Of a stretch of 32,243 nt of DNA, positions 18,394 through 30,079 are shown piece by piece. Where the stretch lies: the NCBI GenBank assembly GCA_050122705.1, contig JASFIK010000001.1, forward strand, positions 1 to 32,243, written 5' to 3'. Origin of the DNA: Candidatus Omnitrophota bacterium (GTDB lineage Bacteria; Omnitrophota; Gorgyraeia; Gygaellales; JAHJCI01). Each line of letters starts with the position of its first letter. The stretch's first letter is position 1. The notes beneath the pieces were generated by a model. That model was not told the origin of the DNA. It ran no database searches and saw only the letters and a program-made list of their open reading frames with translations. The translations under genes and the position numbers were made by a program.

Positions 18394-18422
18394 TTGACAA
18401 ATACTCAATCTATCCTTAATAT
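18394..18422 (+). promoter_or_regulatory. candidate promoter of the plus-strand barrel gene
   Basis: TTGACA-17 nt-TAATAT. The -10 ends only 11 nt before the ATG at 18434. Confidence 0.5.
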
Positions 18423-18433
18423 ACATCTTAACT

Positions 18434-19201
18434 ATGCATGCGGGCATAATTATTATAATCTTGGTCTTACCGTTAGCCATTATTACCTGTGCTGATGCTG
18501 CGTTATTTACAGATGACACCTGGACTATGGATAAGGGCCATCTTGAGCTTGAATATGGGATTGATTATTATAAAGATACACAATATGACTATGTGGGAGG
18601 CTATAAATCCCGAACCCGTGAGACTGCGCTATATTTATATGCCCTCTATGGCCTGACCGATAATTGGGATATTGGGCTTACTATACCTTATGGATATATA
18701 AACTATGACCGAGAAACCAAGGCAAATGGATTTATGGACTGGGAGATTGAAACCAAATTGCGCCTATGCGATGAAGCTAAGTTCCTGCCCTCCCTTGCCT
18801 TATATATTGATTTAATCACTGACTCTGGCAATGAAGAAAAATCATTAGGCAGCGGCGATCAGGATGTTTGGCTTAATGCCATTTTTAGTAAAACCTTAAA
18901 GGAGAATCTTTGGCTTGATTTAAATTTAGGTTATTATTTTGCCGGTGGGAAGGATGCGGATGATGTATCAACCTACTGCTTAGGATTAACCAACGGGTTT
19001 AAACAACGATTCTATGTCTATCTAGAGCTGTATGGAGAGGTAGAGTTTGAACGCAATTTTAATGATAATGTTTGCCTGGGTGCTTTGAGCGTCGGTTACG
19101 AGATCGGCCCACGCCTGTTTATAAAAACCGGTGCCGCAGTCGGCATCTCTGATGGTGCCGATGACCTACAGATTTCTGGTCGAATATCTTTTTGTTTTTA
19201 A
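18434..19201 (+). CDS. putative outer-membrane beta-barrel protein (MetA-pathway/phenol-degradation-like transporter family)
   Basis: It has an N-terminal signal-like segment, IIIIILVLPLAIITCADA. Alternating aromatic/polar beta-strand patterns follow, then a GSGDQD motif and a C-terminal ..ISGRISFCF ending in Phe. The family call is from memory. Confidence 0.5.
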   Translation: MHAGIIIIILVLPLAIITCADAALFTDDTWTMDKGHLELEYGIDYYKDTQYDYVGGYKSRTRETALYLYALYGLTDNWDIGLTIPYGYINYDRETKANGFMDWEIETKLRLCDEAKFLPSLALYIDLITDSGNEEKSLGSGDQDVWLNAIFSKTLKENLWLDLNLGYYFAGGKDADDVSTYCLGLTNGFKQRFYVYLELYGEVEFERNFNDNVCLGALSVGYEIGPRLFIKTGAAVGISDGADDLQISGRISFCF

Positions 19202-19215
19202 TAAATCGGGTGGAC

Positions 19216-19869
19216 TTAAATCACCACTACAAATTCGCCGCGCGGCTTTTTCTTTACGAGACACTCCCTAATCTGGCTAACCTTTAAGCGTAAAATCTCC
19301 TCAAATTTCTTGGTTAATTCGCGCGTTACTACTAGGGGTATATCGCCGAATATATCTTGAATATCTTGCAGGGTTGCGATAATGCGGTGGCGTGACTCGT
19401 AAAATAAAATGGTATAATCCAACCTCCTTAGCTCCTCAAGACGCCGGCGTCGAGCAGAGGCCCTATTGGGCAGAAAGCCGGCAAAAATAAATTCGTGTGT
19501 AGGCTGCCCAGAAAGAACCAGGGCCATAACCAGCGCGGTCGGGCCAGGAACAGCGGTAATTGGGATGTTGTTCTTAATTGCTAAATTAATCAAGTGATGC
19601 CCGGGATCTAAAATTCCTGGCATGCCAGCATCAGAAATCAGTGCAATATCAGCATTTGATTTTAATCTACTGATTAGGTATTGGGCTTTACTAAACCGAT
19701 TGTGCTGATAATAACTTGTGGTGGGGGTGTTAATATGGTAAGACTTAAGCAGGATGCGACTGTGCCGTGTATCCTCGCAGGCAATCAGATCCACGTTTTT
19801 TAACACCTCAATTGCTCGCAGGGTAATATCTTTTAGATTGCCAATCGGGGTTGCAACTATATATAACAT
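19216..19869 (-). CDS. rsmI: 16S rRNA (cytidine1402-2'-O)-methyltransferase RsmI
   Basis: It has MLYIVATPIGNLKDITLRA, CEDTRHSRILL and SDAGMPGILDPG. It is a short form that ends right after GEFVVVI. Confidence 0.85.
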   Translation of the reverse strand: MLYIVATPIGNLKDITLRAIEVLKNVDLIACEDTRHSRILLKSYHINTPTTSYYQHNRFSKAQYLISRLKSNADIALISDAGMPGILDPGHHLINLAIKNNIPITAVPGPTALVMALVLSGQPTHEFIFAGFLPNRASARRRRLEELRRLDYTILFYESRHRIIATLQDIQDIFGDIPLVVTRELTKKFEEILRLKVSQIRECLVKKKPRGEFVVVI

Positions 19870-19891
19870 TTAATGCGCATCAGCTTGTTGT

Positions 19892-21724
19892 CTATTCCAC
19901 GGTAACTGACTTTGCCAAGTTGCGGGGCTGATCAACATCACAACCTCGCTTAATCGCAATAAAATAGGCGACTAATTGCAAGGGGAGAGCCACCATCAGC
20001 GGTGAAAAGAATTCATCTATCTTAGGAGTGTAGATAATCTCTTTGGATAATTGATTTATCTGCCTATCGCCTTCGGTAGCAAGAATGATTAATCTTCCGC
20101 GACGAGCGCGAATCTCTTGTATATTGGAAAGCATCTTGTCGTAAATCCTTGATTGCACACAGATACAAACAACTGCCCGGTATTCGTCAATCAAGGCAAT
20201 TGGACCGTGTTTCATCTCGCCAGCCGCATACCCTTCAGCCGGGATATAGGAAATCTCCTTTAATTTCAATGCCCCCTCTAATGCCGAAGGATAATTTACA
20301 TTTCTTCCCAAAAACAGGAATGAACCAAAATGAGAATGTCTTTGAGATAATCGGCGGATCTCTCGCTGCCCAGCCAGAACCCTGCGCTGGAGCCGGGGTA
20401 TCTGCCTAAACTCGGTTAAACAGCCCTCTCTGGATTGGGATGAAATCTTTGATTGTACCCCTGCTAAATAAATGGCAAATAAATACAAAATCGCCAGCTG
20501 TGCAGTATAGGCCTTGGTTGAGGCAACGCTAATTTCAGGGCCAGCGTGAGTATAGATTATCCCCTCGCATTCGCGAGTTAGACTTGAGCCCAAAACATTA
20601 CAAATGCCCAAGGTTGTTATTCCCATTTCTTTACCTCGGCGCAGGGCTGCTAAGGTATCGGCAGTCTCCCCGGACTGGCTTATGGCAATTAATAGAGTTC
20701 GCTTATCAAGAAACACCCGACGATAGCGGAACTCGCTCGATAAATCAACGCTCACCGGAATATTAACCAATTCCTCTAATATGTACTTGCCTACTAATCC
20801 AGCATGGTAAGCAGTGCCGCAAGCAATGATGACTATATTTTGTATTTTTGCTAATTTATCTTGGGTTATGGTTAGTTCTTCAAAAAGAATCTGGGAATCC
20901 TTAACCCGATATTTCAGAATATTCTCTAAGATTGCGGGTTGTTCATGTATTTCCTTAAGCATAAAATGAGGGAAGCCTGCCTTCTGCGCCTGGCTGGCAT
21001 CCCAGGTTACGGCTGTGGACTTGCGCTGTATCTTTTCTCCCAAAAAATTACAAATTCTTATGTCGTTCTTACTGAGAATTGCTATTTCATTATCCTCTAA
21101 AAAAATTACCTCCTTTGTATAATCTAGAATTGCCGGGACATCAGAAGCTAAAAAATTCTCGTTCTTGCCTTTACCAATAACCAAAGGGCTGCCACACCGA
21201 GCGCCAACAAGTTTCTCTGGTTCTTTTGTAGAGATTGCGCTGATAGCAAATGAGCCAGAAAGCAGCCCCGCTGTCTTCATCACCGCCTCCTCAAGCGAGG
21301 CATTTTTATAAAACTTCTCAATCAGGTGAGGGATAACCTCAGTATCAGTTTGGCTCCTGAATTTATGTCCTTCCTTGATTAATCTCTGTTTAAGTTCAGC
21401 ATAATTCTCAATAATCCCGTTGTGCACCACCGCCACCTCAGCCTTACAGTCCAGGTGTGGATGGGCATTAACCCGATTGGGCATACCGTGGGTACTCCAA
21501 CGAGTATGGGAAACCCCTAGACAGCCAAACAGGGGTTTTTTCTTAAGTAGTGTTTCTAATGCCTTTACCTTGCCGGGGAGTTTTCTGATTGAGAAGGAAT
21601 TCTTCTGTTCAAGAAATATACACATTCCTGCAGAATCATAGCCGCGATACTCAAGGCGCTTTAGTCCGTTTAAAAGCAAGGGTTGGGCTTGTTTGTTGCC
21701 AATATATCCGATTATCCCGCACAT
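19892..21724 (-). CDS. glmS: glutamine--fructose-6-phosphate aminotransferase
   Basis: It has the N-terminal MCGIIGYIG catalytic Cys, two SIS domains and a C-terminal LAKSVTVE. Confidence 0.95.
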   Translation of the reverse strand: MCGIIGYIGNKQAQPLLLNGLKRLEYRGYDSAGMCIFLEQKNSFSIRKLPGKVKALETLLKKKPLFGCLGVSHTRWSTHGMPNRVNAHPHLDCKAEVAVVHNGIIENYAELKQRLIKEGHKFRSQTDTEVIPHLIEKFYKNASLEEAVMKTAGLLSGSFAISAISTKEPEKLVGARCGSPLVIGKGKNENFLASDVPAILDYTKEVIFLEDNEIAILSKNDIRICNFLGEKIQRKSTAVTWDASQAQKAGFPHFMLKEIHEQPAILENILKYRVKDSQILFEELTITQDKLAKIQNIVIIACGTAYHAGLVGKYILEELVNIPVSVDLSSEFRYRRVFLDKRTLLIAISQSGETADTLAALRRGKEMGITTLGICNVLGSSLTRECEGIIYTHAGPEISVASTKAYTAQLAILYLFAIYLAGVQSKISSQSREGCLTEFRQIPRLQRRVLAGQREIRRLSQRHSHFGSFLFLGRNVNYPSALEGALKLKEISYIPAEGYAAGEMKHGPIALIDEYRAVVCICVQSRIYDKMLSNIQEIRARRGRLIILATEGDRQINQLSKEIIYTPKIDEFFSPLMVALPLQLVAYFIAIKRGCDVDQPRNLAKSVTVE

Positions 21725-21734
21725 AAATTAAAAG

Positions 21735-21808
21735 CGACCCCAACCGGATTTGAACCGGTGTCGAGAGCTTGAAAAGCTCTTGTCCTAACCAGGCTAGACG
21801 ATGGGGTC
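21735..21808 (-). tRNA. tRNA-Glu (anticodon UUC)
   Basis: Hand-folded cloverleaf: GACCCCA/TGGGGTC acceptor, GTCT/GGAC D-stem, AGAGC-TTTTCAA-GCTCT anticodon arm, and ACCGG-TTCAAAT-CCGGT T-arm. It is 74 nt long and CCA is not encoded. Confidence 0.9.
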
Positions 21809-21815
21809 ACAATGA

Positions 21816-24260
21816 CTAGTCCTCTTGAACTACTACTTTAGCAACAGAGGCAACTGAATCGTGTTTTTCCAGACTAATTAAGCGTACGCCTTGAGTATTA
21901 CGGCCGGTTTGGCGAATATCCTTGACTGGGCAACGCACAACCATTCCTTTTTGGGTTACTGACATAATCTCGTCTTCATTATTTACCGAGGCAACCCCAG
22001 CTACCTCTCCATTGCGCGAGGTGGTCTTAATATTAATAATGCCCTTGCCGCCGCGCGACTGTAGACGATACTCCTCAAAAGTAGTGCGCTTGGCAAACCC
22101 GCCGGTAGTAACTGTGAGTAGGGTTAGCTTCATTTTTTCGGCCTCAGCAGGAATTACCTCCATGCCTACAATCTCATCTTTTTTGTGTAATCTTATCCCC
22201 CGCACACCACGCGCTGCCCTGCCCATATCCCGGATTTGCTTTTCCTTAAACAACACTGACTTGCCTTGGCGAGTAGCCAGAAGAATGCGATGGCTGCCGT
22301 CGGTAAGTCCGGCTTCTACTAAATAATCATCCTTGCTTAACCCAATGCAAATAATGCCTCCCTTGCGGGGGTTGGCAAAATGAGAAAGCTTTGTTTTCTT
22401 TACCAATCCTTGCTTAGTACACATTAATAAATATTTATCATCGCTAAATTCCTTAACTGCTACCACTGAGCTGATTCTTTCTGTGGTGCTTAGGGATAAT
22501 AAATTTACTACTGCCTTGCCCTTAGCTGCGCGCGAAGCCTCGGGGATCTCATACACCTTAAGCCAATAAGCCTTGCCTTTATTAGTAAAAAGCAAAAGGT
22601 AATCTTTGCTTGAGGCAACAAATAGATGTTTAACAAAGTCCTCTTCTCTGGTCTCCATTGCAGTTATGCCCCGACCGCCCCGACGCTGTTTACGGTAGCT
22701 ACCCACCGGTAATCGCTTAATGTAGCCAAGATGCGAAATGGTAATAACCATATCCTCCTCGGCGATTAAGTCCTCTAGCTCAATCTCTTCTACCTCGGCC
22801 ACAATCTGGGTACGTCGCTCATCCGCATATTGCTTTTTGAGCTGTTGACACTCTTGTATAATAATCTCCTCGATCTTTTTCTCTGAAGCAAGAATGGATT
22901 TATACATCTGTATCTTTTTAATCAAATCCAGATATTCTGCTTCAATCTTACCGCGCTCAAGCGCAGTCAACCTCTGCAATTGCATCTCCAGGATTGCCTG
23001 AGCCTGAACCTCGGTTAAGCCAAATTCCTTGACTAATCTCTGTTTTGCCTCGGGTGTATTTTTGGAGGCTTTGATTGCTTTGATAATCCGGTCAATGTGT
23101 TTAAGGGCTATTTTTAAACCCTCTAATATATGGGCGCGCTTTTCTGCTTTAGCTAAATCAAACTGCGTGCGACGGCGAATAATCTCCTTGCGGTGATTGA
23201 TAAACAAAGAAAGTAGTTGTTTTAAATTTAATATGCGTGGTCGTGCCTCAGTCAGGGCCAGATTAATAACGCCGAAGGTTACCTCAAGTTGTGTGTGTTT
23301 AAACAGTTGGTTAAGGATTATTTGTGGCTCAGCATCCCGTTTTAATTCCACAACTATGCGGATACCTTCTTTATCAGACTCATCGCGAATATCGGTGATT
23401 CCTTCTATCTTTCTATCCTCTACCAGGGAAGCAATCGAGCTGATCAGGTTGGCTTTATTGGTCTGATAAGGAATCTCGGTAATGGCGATTAAATCCTTGC
23501 CCTGCTTAAGATGCTCAATAGAAGCAACCGCTCTAATGGTCAATTTCCCCTTACCGGTTTCATATGCCTCCTTAATCCCTTGGCGACCACAAATAAGCCC
23601 TCCGGTAGGAAAGTCCGGACCGCGGATATGCCGCATCAATTCCTTGATTTCAACAGCCGGATTGCCAATCAGGCAAATCACTGCATCTAACACCTCTCCT
23701 AAATTATGGGGAGGCATATTGGTAGCCATACCCACTGCAATCCCCGACGAGCCGTTTACCAGAAGATTGGGAATCCTGCCAGGGAGAACTTCTGGCTCAG
23801 AACGAGAATTATCAAAGTTGGGCGTAAATCTAACTGTATCCTTTTCAATATCCGCCAACATTTCTTCAGCCAGGGTATTCAGACGCGCTTCAGTATAACG
23901 ATATGCAGCTGCGGGGTCTCCGTCAATTGAGCCAAAATTACCCTGGCTGTTAATTAAGAGATAGCGCATATTCCAGTCCTGTGCCAGACGAACCAATGCA
24001 TCATAGACTGCCAGGTCTCCATGGGGATGATAGCGGCCAATAACATTGCCGACAACCGTAGCGCTCTTGCGGAATGGCCGATTGTGTAACAATCCATCCT
24101 CATACATAGCATAGAGAATCCGGCGATGTACTGGCTTTAGACCATCCTTGACATCAGGCAGGGCGCGGCCAACAATTACGCTCATAGCATAATTAAGATA
24201 AGAGTCTTTTATTTCTTCTTCGATATCGCGTGGTATTATTTTTTCGTTTTGAGTATACAT
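21816..24260 (-). CDS. gyrA: DNA gyrase subunit A
   Basis: It has HPHGDLAVYDALVRLAQDW, the active-site region AAAYRYTEARL and C-terminal beta-pinwheel repeats. The start is taken at MYTQNEKIIP (24260), 2 nt after the gyrB stop. Confidence 0.95.
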   Translation of the reverse strand: MYTQNEKIIPRDIEEEIKDSYLNYAMSVIVGRALPDVKDGLKPVHRRILYAMYEDGLLHNRPFRKSATVVGNVIGRYHPHGDLAVYDALVRLAQDWNMRYLLINSQGNFGSIDGDPAAAYRYTEARLNTLAEEMLADIEKDTVRFTPNFDNSRSEPEVLPGRIPNLLVNGSSGIAVGMATNMPPHNLGEVLDAVICLIGNPAVEIKELMRHIRGPDFPTGGLICGRQGIKEAYETGKGKLTIRAVASIEHLKQGKDLIAITEIPYQTNKANLISSIASLVEDRKIEGITDIRDESDKEGIRIVVELKRDAEPQIILNQLFKHTQLEVTFGVINLALTEARPRILNLKQLLSLFINHRKEIIRRRTQFDLAKAEKRAHILEGLKIALKHIDRIIKAIKASKNTPEAKQRLVKEFGLTEVQAQAILEMQLQRLTALERGKIEAEYLDLIKKIQMYKSILASEKKIEEIIIQECQQLKKQYADERRTQIVAEVEEIELEDLIAEEDMVITISHLGYIKRLPVGSYRKQRRGGRGITAMETREEDFVKHLFVASSKDYLLLFTNKGKAYWLKVYEIPEASRAAKGKAVVNLLSLSTTERISSVVAVKEFSDDKYLLMCTKQGLVKKTKLSHFANPRKGGIICIGLSKDDYLVEAGLTDGSHRILLATRQGKSVLFKEKQIRDMGRAARGVRGIRLHKKDEIVGMEVIPAEAEKMKLTLLTVTTGGFAKRTTFEEYRLQSRGGKGIINIKTTSRNGEVAGVASVNNEDEIMSVTQKGMVVRCPVKDIRQTGRNTQGVRLISLEKHDSVASVAKVVVQED

Positions 24261-24262
24261 AT

Positions 24263-26984
<2,722 letters not shown>

Positions 26985-26989
26985 CTTGT

Positions 26990-28081
26990 TTACACGAGCC
27001 TCATCGGAAGAACAATGTAAATATATCCGTTGGTGCGGATTACGCCCGGTTTCTCGCTGTCAGTAATCTCCAATTCTATGGTTTGCTCTGTTAAATTTTT
27101 TAGGACATCAATCAGGTAGCTGGGATTAAAACCAATAATCATGTCTTTGCCATTGTATTCGCAGGGCAGTTCTTCGCGTGATTCCCCTATATTGGGCGTA
27201 GATTTAGAAATCACCAATCTGTCATTGTGAACCTCCAGTTTTATTGCCTGATAATCTGGCGTAGATAATAAGGCTGCTCTGCGGGTTGCTAATAAACATT
27301 GCTCGCGATCAATCTTGATCTTGTTGGGCGAAGCAGGGGGAATAACTTGTTTATAATCCGGGAATTCCCCCTCAATCAAGCGGGATATAATCTGGGTATT
27401 GCCCAGATCTAAGAGAATCTGGTTCTTTCCGATGCCCAAGAGTATCTCCCCTTCTTCTGTGAGGTTGCGGTTTAATTCATGGATAGTTTTTATGGGGATA
27501 ATTATCTGGGTTGGTTGATTTACCCCTTGAGGGAGTTTCTTCTGATAACAGGCCAGTCTTTTGCCGTCGGTGGCAATCAAAGTAATGCTATCCTTTTTAA
27601 TTTGACAGAGGATGCCGTTAAGAATATAGCGGGTTTCATCATAAGAAACCGCGAAGGCAACCAAAGACAGTATTTCTTTTAAGGTATCCTGGTCTAGTTT
27701 GATTACTTCCTGATTTGTAAATTTGGGCAATTTAGGAAACTCCTCATAAGATAGGCCCATAAGTTTAAACTGGCATTGTTTGGATTCAATAATGGTGAGG
27801 TTATTCTTTTTTGTATTTATACTTATTGTCTCTTCTGGGAATTCTTTGATAATATCGCCAAATTTCTTGGCGGGTAAAATAATATTACCCGATTCTTCAA
27901 TACGTGCTGGTATTTTATGAATTATTCCAATATCTAAATCTGTAGCAGTTAATTGAATGTTTTCTTTGTTGGTTTCAAGTAATAAATAAGACAGTATTGG
28001 TAAATTGGATTTTTGACTAATTACATTTTGAACAGTCTGTATTCCTTTTACTAAAATTTCTTTATTAACACTTAACCTCAT
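26990..28081 (-). CDS. dnaN: DNA polymerase III beta sliding clamp
   Basis: Its N-terminus is ..LVKGIQTVQNVISQKSNLPILSYLLLE.. and the length and position after dnaA are typical. GGAGGAG lies upstream. Confidence 0.93.
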   Translation of the reverse strand: MRLSVNKEILVKGIQTVQNVISQKSNLPILSYLLLETNKENIQLTATDLDIGIIHKIPARIEESGNIILPAKKFGDIIKEFPEETISINTKKNNLTIIESKQCQFKLMGLSYEEFPKLPKFTNQEVIKLDQDTLKEILSLVAFAVSYDETRYILNGILCQIKKDSITLIATDGKRLACYQKKLPQGVNQPTQIIIPIKTIHELNRNLTEEGEILLGIGKNQILLDLGNTQIISRLIEGEFPDYKQVIPPASPNKIKIDREQCLLATRRAALLSTPDYQAIKLEVHNDRLVISKSTPNIGESREELPCEYNGKDMIIGFNPSYLIDVLKNLTEQTIELEITDSEKPGVIRTNGYIYIVLPMRLV

Positions 28082-28146
28082 TTCTCCTCCGATTATTTAT
28101 ATAATATAAGTAATAGAAGTAATAAGCTGTCTAATTTTTTGTTATT

Positions 28147-28178
28147 AAACGCAAAACCCATTGTTGTAGCAATTGGTT
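28147..28178 (-). terminator. weak terminator-like hairpin after dnaA
   Basis: The minus RNA reads AACCAAUUG-CUACAA-CAAUGGGUU followed by UUGCGUUU. There is one A.G mismatch and the stem is modest. Confidence 0.35.
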
Positions 28179-28189
28179 ATGTGTTTAAT

Positions 28190-28211
28190 AACCCCTGAAT
28201 AACCCTTGAAT
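28190..28211. repeat. tandem 11-mer AACCCCTGAAT / AACCCTTGAAT abutting the dnaA stop codon
   Basis: Read directly from the sequence. There are two adjacent copies with one mismatch. Confidence 0.6.
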
Positions 28212-29579
28212 TTATTGTTTAAGGCCTTGGATAATTTTATTAACTCGTTGTTTCAGGTCACCATTCTTTTCTAAATCCAACCTTATTTTATTATACGCAT
28301 ACAATACCGTAGTATGATCTTTCCCACCAAAGAACTTGGCGATTTCCGGTAAAGAGGCATCGGTTAAGTGACGACTCAAATACATTGCTACTTGTCTGGG
28401 TAGGACAATATTTTTACTCCGCCGCTTTGTTTTTAATTCTATCAAGGGGATATCAAATTCATCAGCCACACTCTTTTGAATTCTTTGAAAATTAATTGGC
28501 TTTTTTACCTGTCGAATACAATCTTTTAATACCTCTTTGGCCAAATCCAGGGTGATTGGTCTTTCCTCTAAGAGCGAACAAGCTACCACTCTAATCAAGG
28601 CCCCTTCTAATTCACGAATATTAGTTTTAATAATCTGGGCAATGAGGAATATTACCTCATCAGGAATATTAACCGGCTCTCGCTCTATCTTTTTTTTCAG
28701 TATTGCTACGCGGGTTTCAAAATCAGGGGGTTGAATATCAGTAATTAAACCCCAGCTAAACCGGGATACCAGACGCTCCTCTAATTTAAGGATTTCTCGC
28801 GGCGGGCGATCCGAACAAATAATGATTTGTTTGTGCGCATCGTATAAAGCATTAAAGGTATGAAAGAATTCTTCCTGCGTGGATTCTTTACCTGCAATAA
28901 AGTGGATATCGTCAACCAGTAGGATATCCATGTTGCGATATCTTTGACGGAATGCCGAGGTTGAGCGGTGTTGGATAGCGCCGATAAGCTCGTTGGTAAA
29001 TCTCTCCGAAGGCATATAGCATATTTGTATTTCATTATTCTTATCTTGTACATAGTGGCAGACTGCTTGCATAAGATGGGTTTTGCCTAACCCAACCCCA
29101 CCATAAATAAATAACGGGTTATAAGCCCGGGCAGGAGATTCGGCAACCGCCATTGAGGCGGCGTGGGCAAAGCGGTTAGACGGACCTACCACAAAGTTGT
29201 TAAAGGTAAAGCGCGGATTCAAAATAAAACTCTCCCTTTGCTCCCCTTGAATATGACTCTGAAAATCCTTGATACTTACCTCTGTGCTAACCGGCTGACT
29301 CTTGGAAATTATTCTAATCTTCAACTTAACTAATTCTCTATCGGCAGCATTATCCCTGAACGTGTCTTGGATAAGGCCATAGTAATTCTTTAATACCCAA
29401 TTTTTAAAGAATGGATCAGGCGCTTCCAAGATTAACTCCTGGGCTTGCTGGGATTGTTCTTCTTTAAGCACCAAAGGCAGAATCCAGGTTTGGAAAATCG
29501 TCTCACCCAGGGTATCCTTTAGCCTGGGAAGACAATCTTGCCAACTTTTAACCAGTAATGTTTTTTCCACAGTTTTCAC
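28212..29579 (-). CDS. dnaA: chromosomal replication initiator DnaA
   Basis: It has AAA+ Walker A GGVGLGKTHL, LLVDDIHF and a C-terminal DNA-binding region with DHTTVLYA. The start codon is GTG (29579-29577), and there is no in-frame ATG nearby. Confidence 0.95.
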   Translation of the reverse strand: MKTVEKTLLVKSWQDCLPRLKDTLGETIFQTWILPLVLKEEQSQQAQELILEAPDPFFKNWVLKNYYGLIQDTFRDNAADRELVKLKIRIISKSQPVSTEVSIKDFQSHIQGEQRESFILNPRFTFNNFVVGPSNRFAHAASMAVAESPARAYNPLFIYGGVGLGKTHLMQAVCHYVQDKNNEIQICYMPSERFTNELIGAIQHRSTSAFRQRYRNMDILLVDDIHFIAGKESTQEEFFHTFNALYDAHKQIIICSDRPPREILKLEERLVSRFSWGLITDIQPPDFETRVAILKKKIEREPVNIPDEVIFLIAQIIKTNIRELEGALIRVVACSLLEERPITLDLAKEVLKDCIRQVKKPINFQRIQKSVADEFDIPLIELKTKRRSKNIVLPRQVAMYLSRHLTDASLPEIAKFFGGKDHTTVLYAYNKIRLDLEKNGDLKQRVNKIIQGLKQ

Positions 29580-29591
29580 AGCTTATCCACA
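29563..29591 (+). promoter_or_regulatory. three tandem DnaA-box-like 9-mers straddling the dnaA start codon
   Basis: TTTTCCACA (29563-29571) has 1 mismatch to TTATCCACA. GTTTTCACA (29572-29580) has 2 mismatches to TTATNCACA. TTATCCACA (29583-29591) is perfect. Confidence 0.7.
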
Positions 29592-29670
29592 GGCTAGTAT
29601 AATCACCTGTTTACGCAAAAACCAATACCCAAAACCTAGATTATTAGGCTTGCTTAATTAATGGACTCCA

Positions 29671-29698
29671 ATTATAACAAAAGTTTGAATAATTGCAA
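29671..29698 (-). promoter_or_regulatory. candidate dnaA promoter with extended -10
   Basis: The minus strand reads TTGCAA-16 nt (ending TGT)-TATAAT, so the -10 region is TGTTATAAT. Confidence 0.5.
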
Positions 29699-29830
29699 GC
29701 CCGGTTAAACATTTTTTGTTCTACACCTGCAGTATTTTAAACAGGACAAGCTTTGTGAGAAATATTTCCAAACAGCCTTGTTATTATAGCATTATTTTTT
29801 AACAGAGCAAGAAAAATCAACAAACTATTT

Positions 29831-29839
29831 TTATGCACA
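29831..29839 (+). promoter_or_regulatory. DnaA box TTATGCACA
   Basis: It matches the TTATNCACA consensus exactly and lies next to the AT-rich stretch. Confidence 0.55.
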
Positions 29840-29884
29840 GCCGGGAATTCTGTTATACAATTAAGAAAATCCTAGTGATTTTTC

Positions 29885-29912
29885 TTGACCGGGTTAACTT
29901 TTATGTTATAAT
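29885..29912 (+). promoter_or_regulatory. candidate rpmH promoter with extended -10
   Basis: TTGACC-16 nt (ending TGT)-TATAAT, about 30 nt upstream of the rpmH ATG. Confidence 0.6.
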
Positions 29913-29941
29913 CTTTCACATTACCACGGGAAGGTTTAATT

Positions 29942-30079
29942 ATGAAAAAGCATTTAAAGACACCCAGCAATATTACAGGAAAGCGCGTCCATGGATTTCG
30001 TCGGAGAATGCGTTCACATCAGGGAAGAATGATTTTAAAGCGACGACGCCGGAAGGCAAGAAGCAGACTTTGCATTTAA
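29942..30079 (+). CDS. rpmH: 50S ribosomal protein L34
   Basis: It is too short to appear in the ORF track. Hand translation gives MKKHLKTPSNITGKRVHGFRRRMRSHQGRMILKRRRRKARSRLCI*, with the L34 signature HGFRxRM..GRxxLxRRRxKxRxRL. Confidence 0.9.
   Translation: MKKHLKTPSNITGKRVHGFRRRMRSHQGRMILKRRRRKARSRLCI

Larger units (their letters stand above)
29580..29941. other. candidate oriC / divergent control region between dnaA and rpmH
   Basis: This is the point where gene strands switch. It has a perfect DnaA box at each end, several 2-mismatch boxes (29719, 29754, 29852, 29912) and a long AT-rich stretch at 29781-29832. Confidence 0.6.

Noticed and set aside
19202-19215. Looked for a bidirectional terminator between the convergent barrel gene and rsmI.
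   Set aside because: The gap is only 14 nt. The best pairing is 4 bp (GGTG/CACC), which is not a credible terminator.
21725-21734. Possibility of a glmS ribozyme or riboswitch upstream of glmS.
   Set aside because: Only 10 nt separate the tRNA-Glu 3' end from the glmS ATG, so there is no room for a structured leader.
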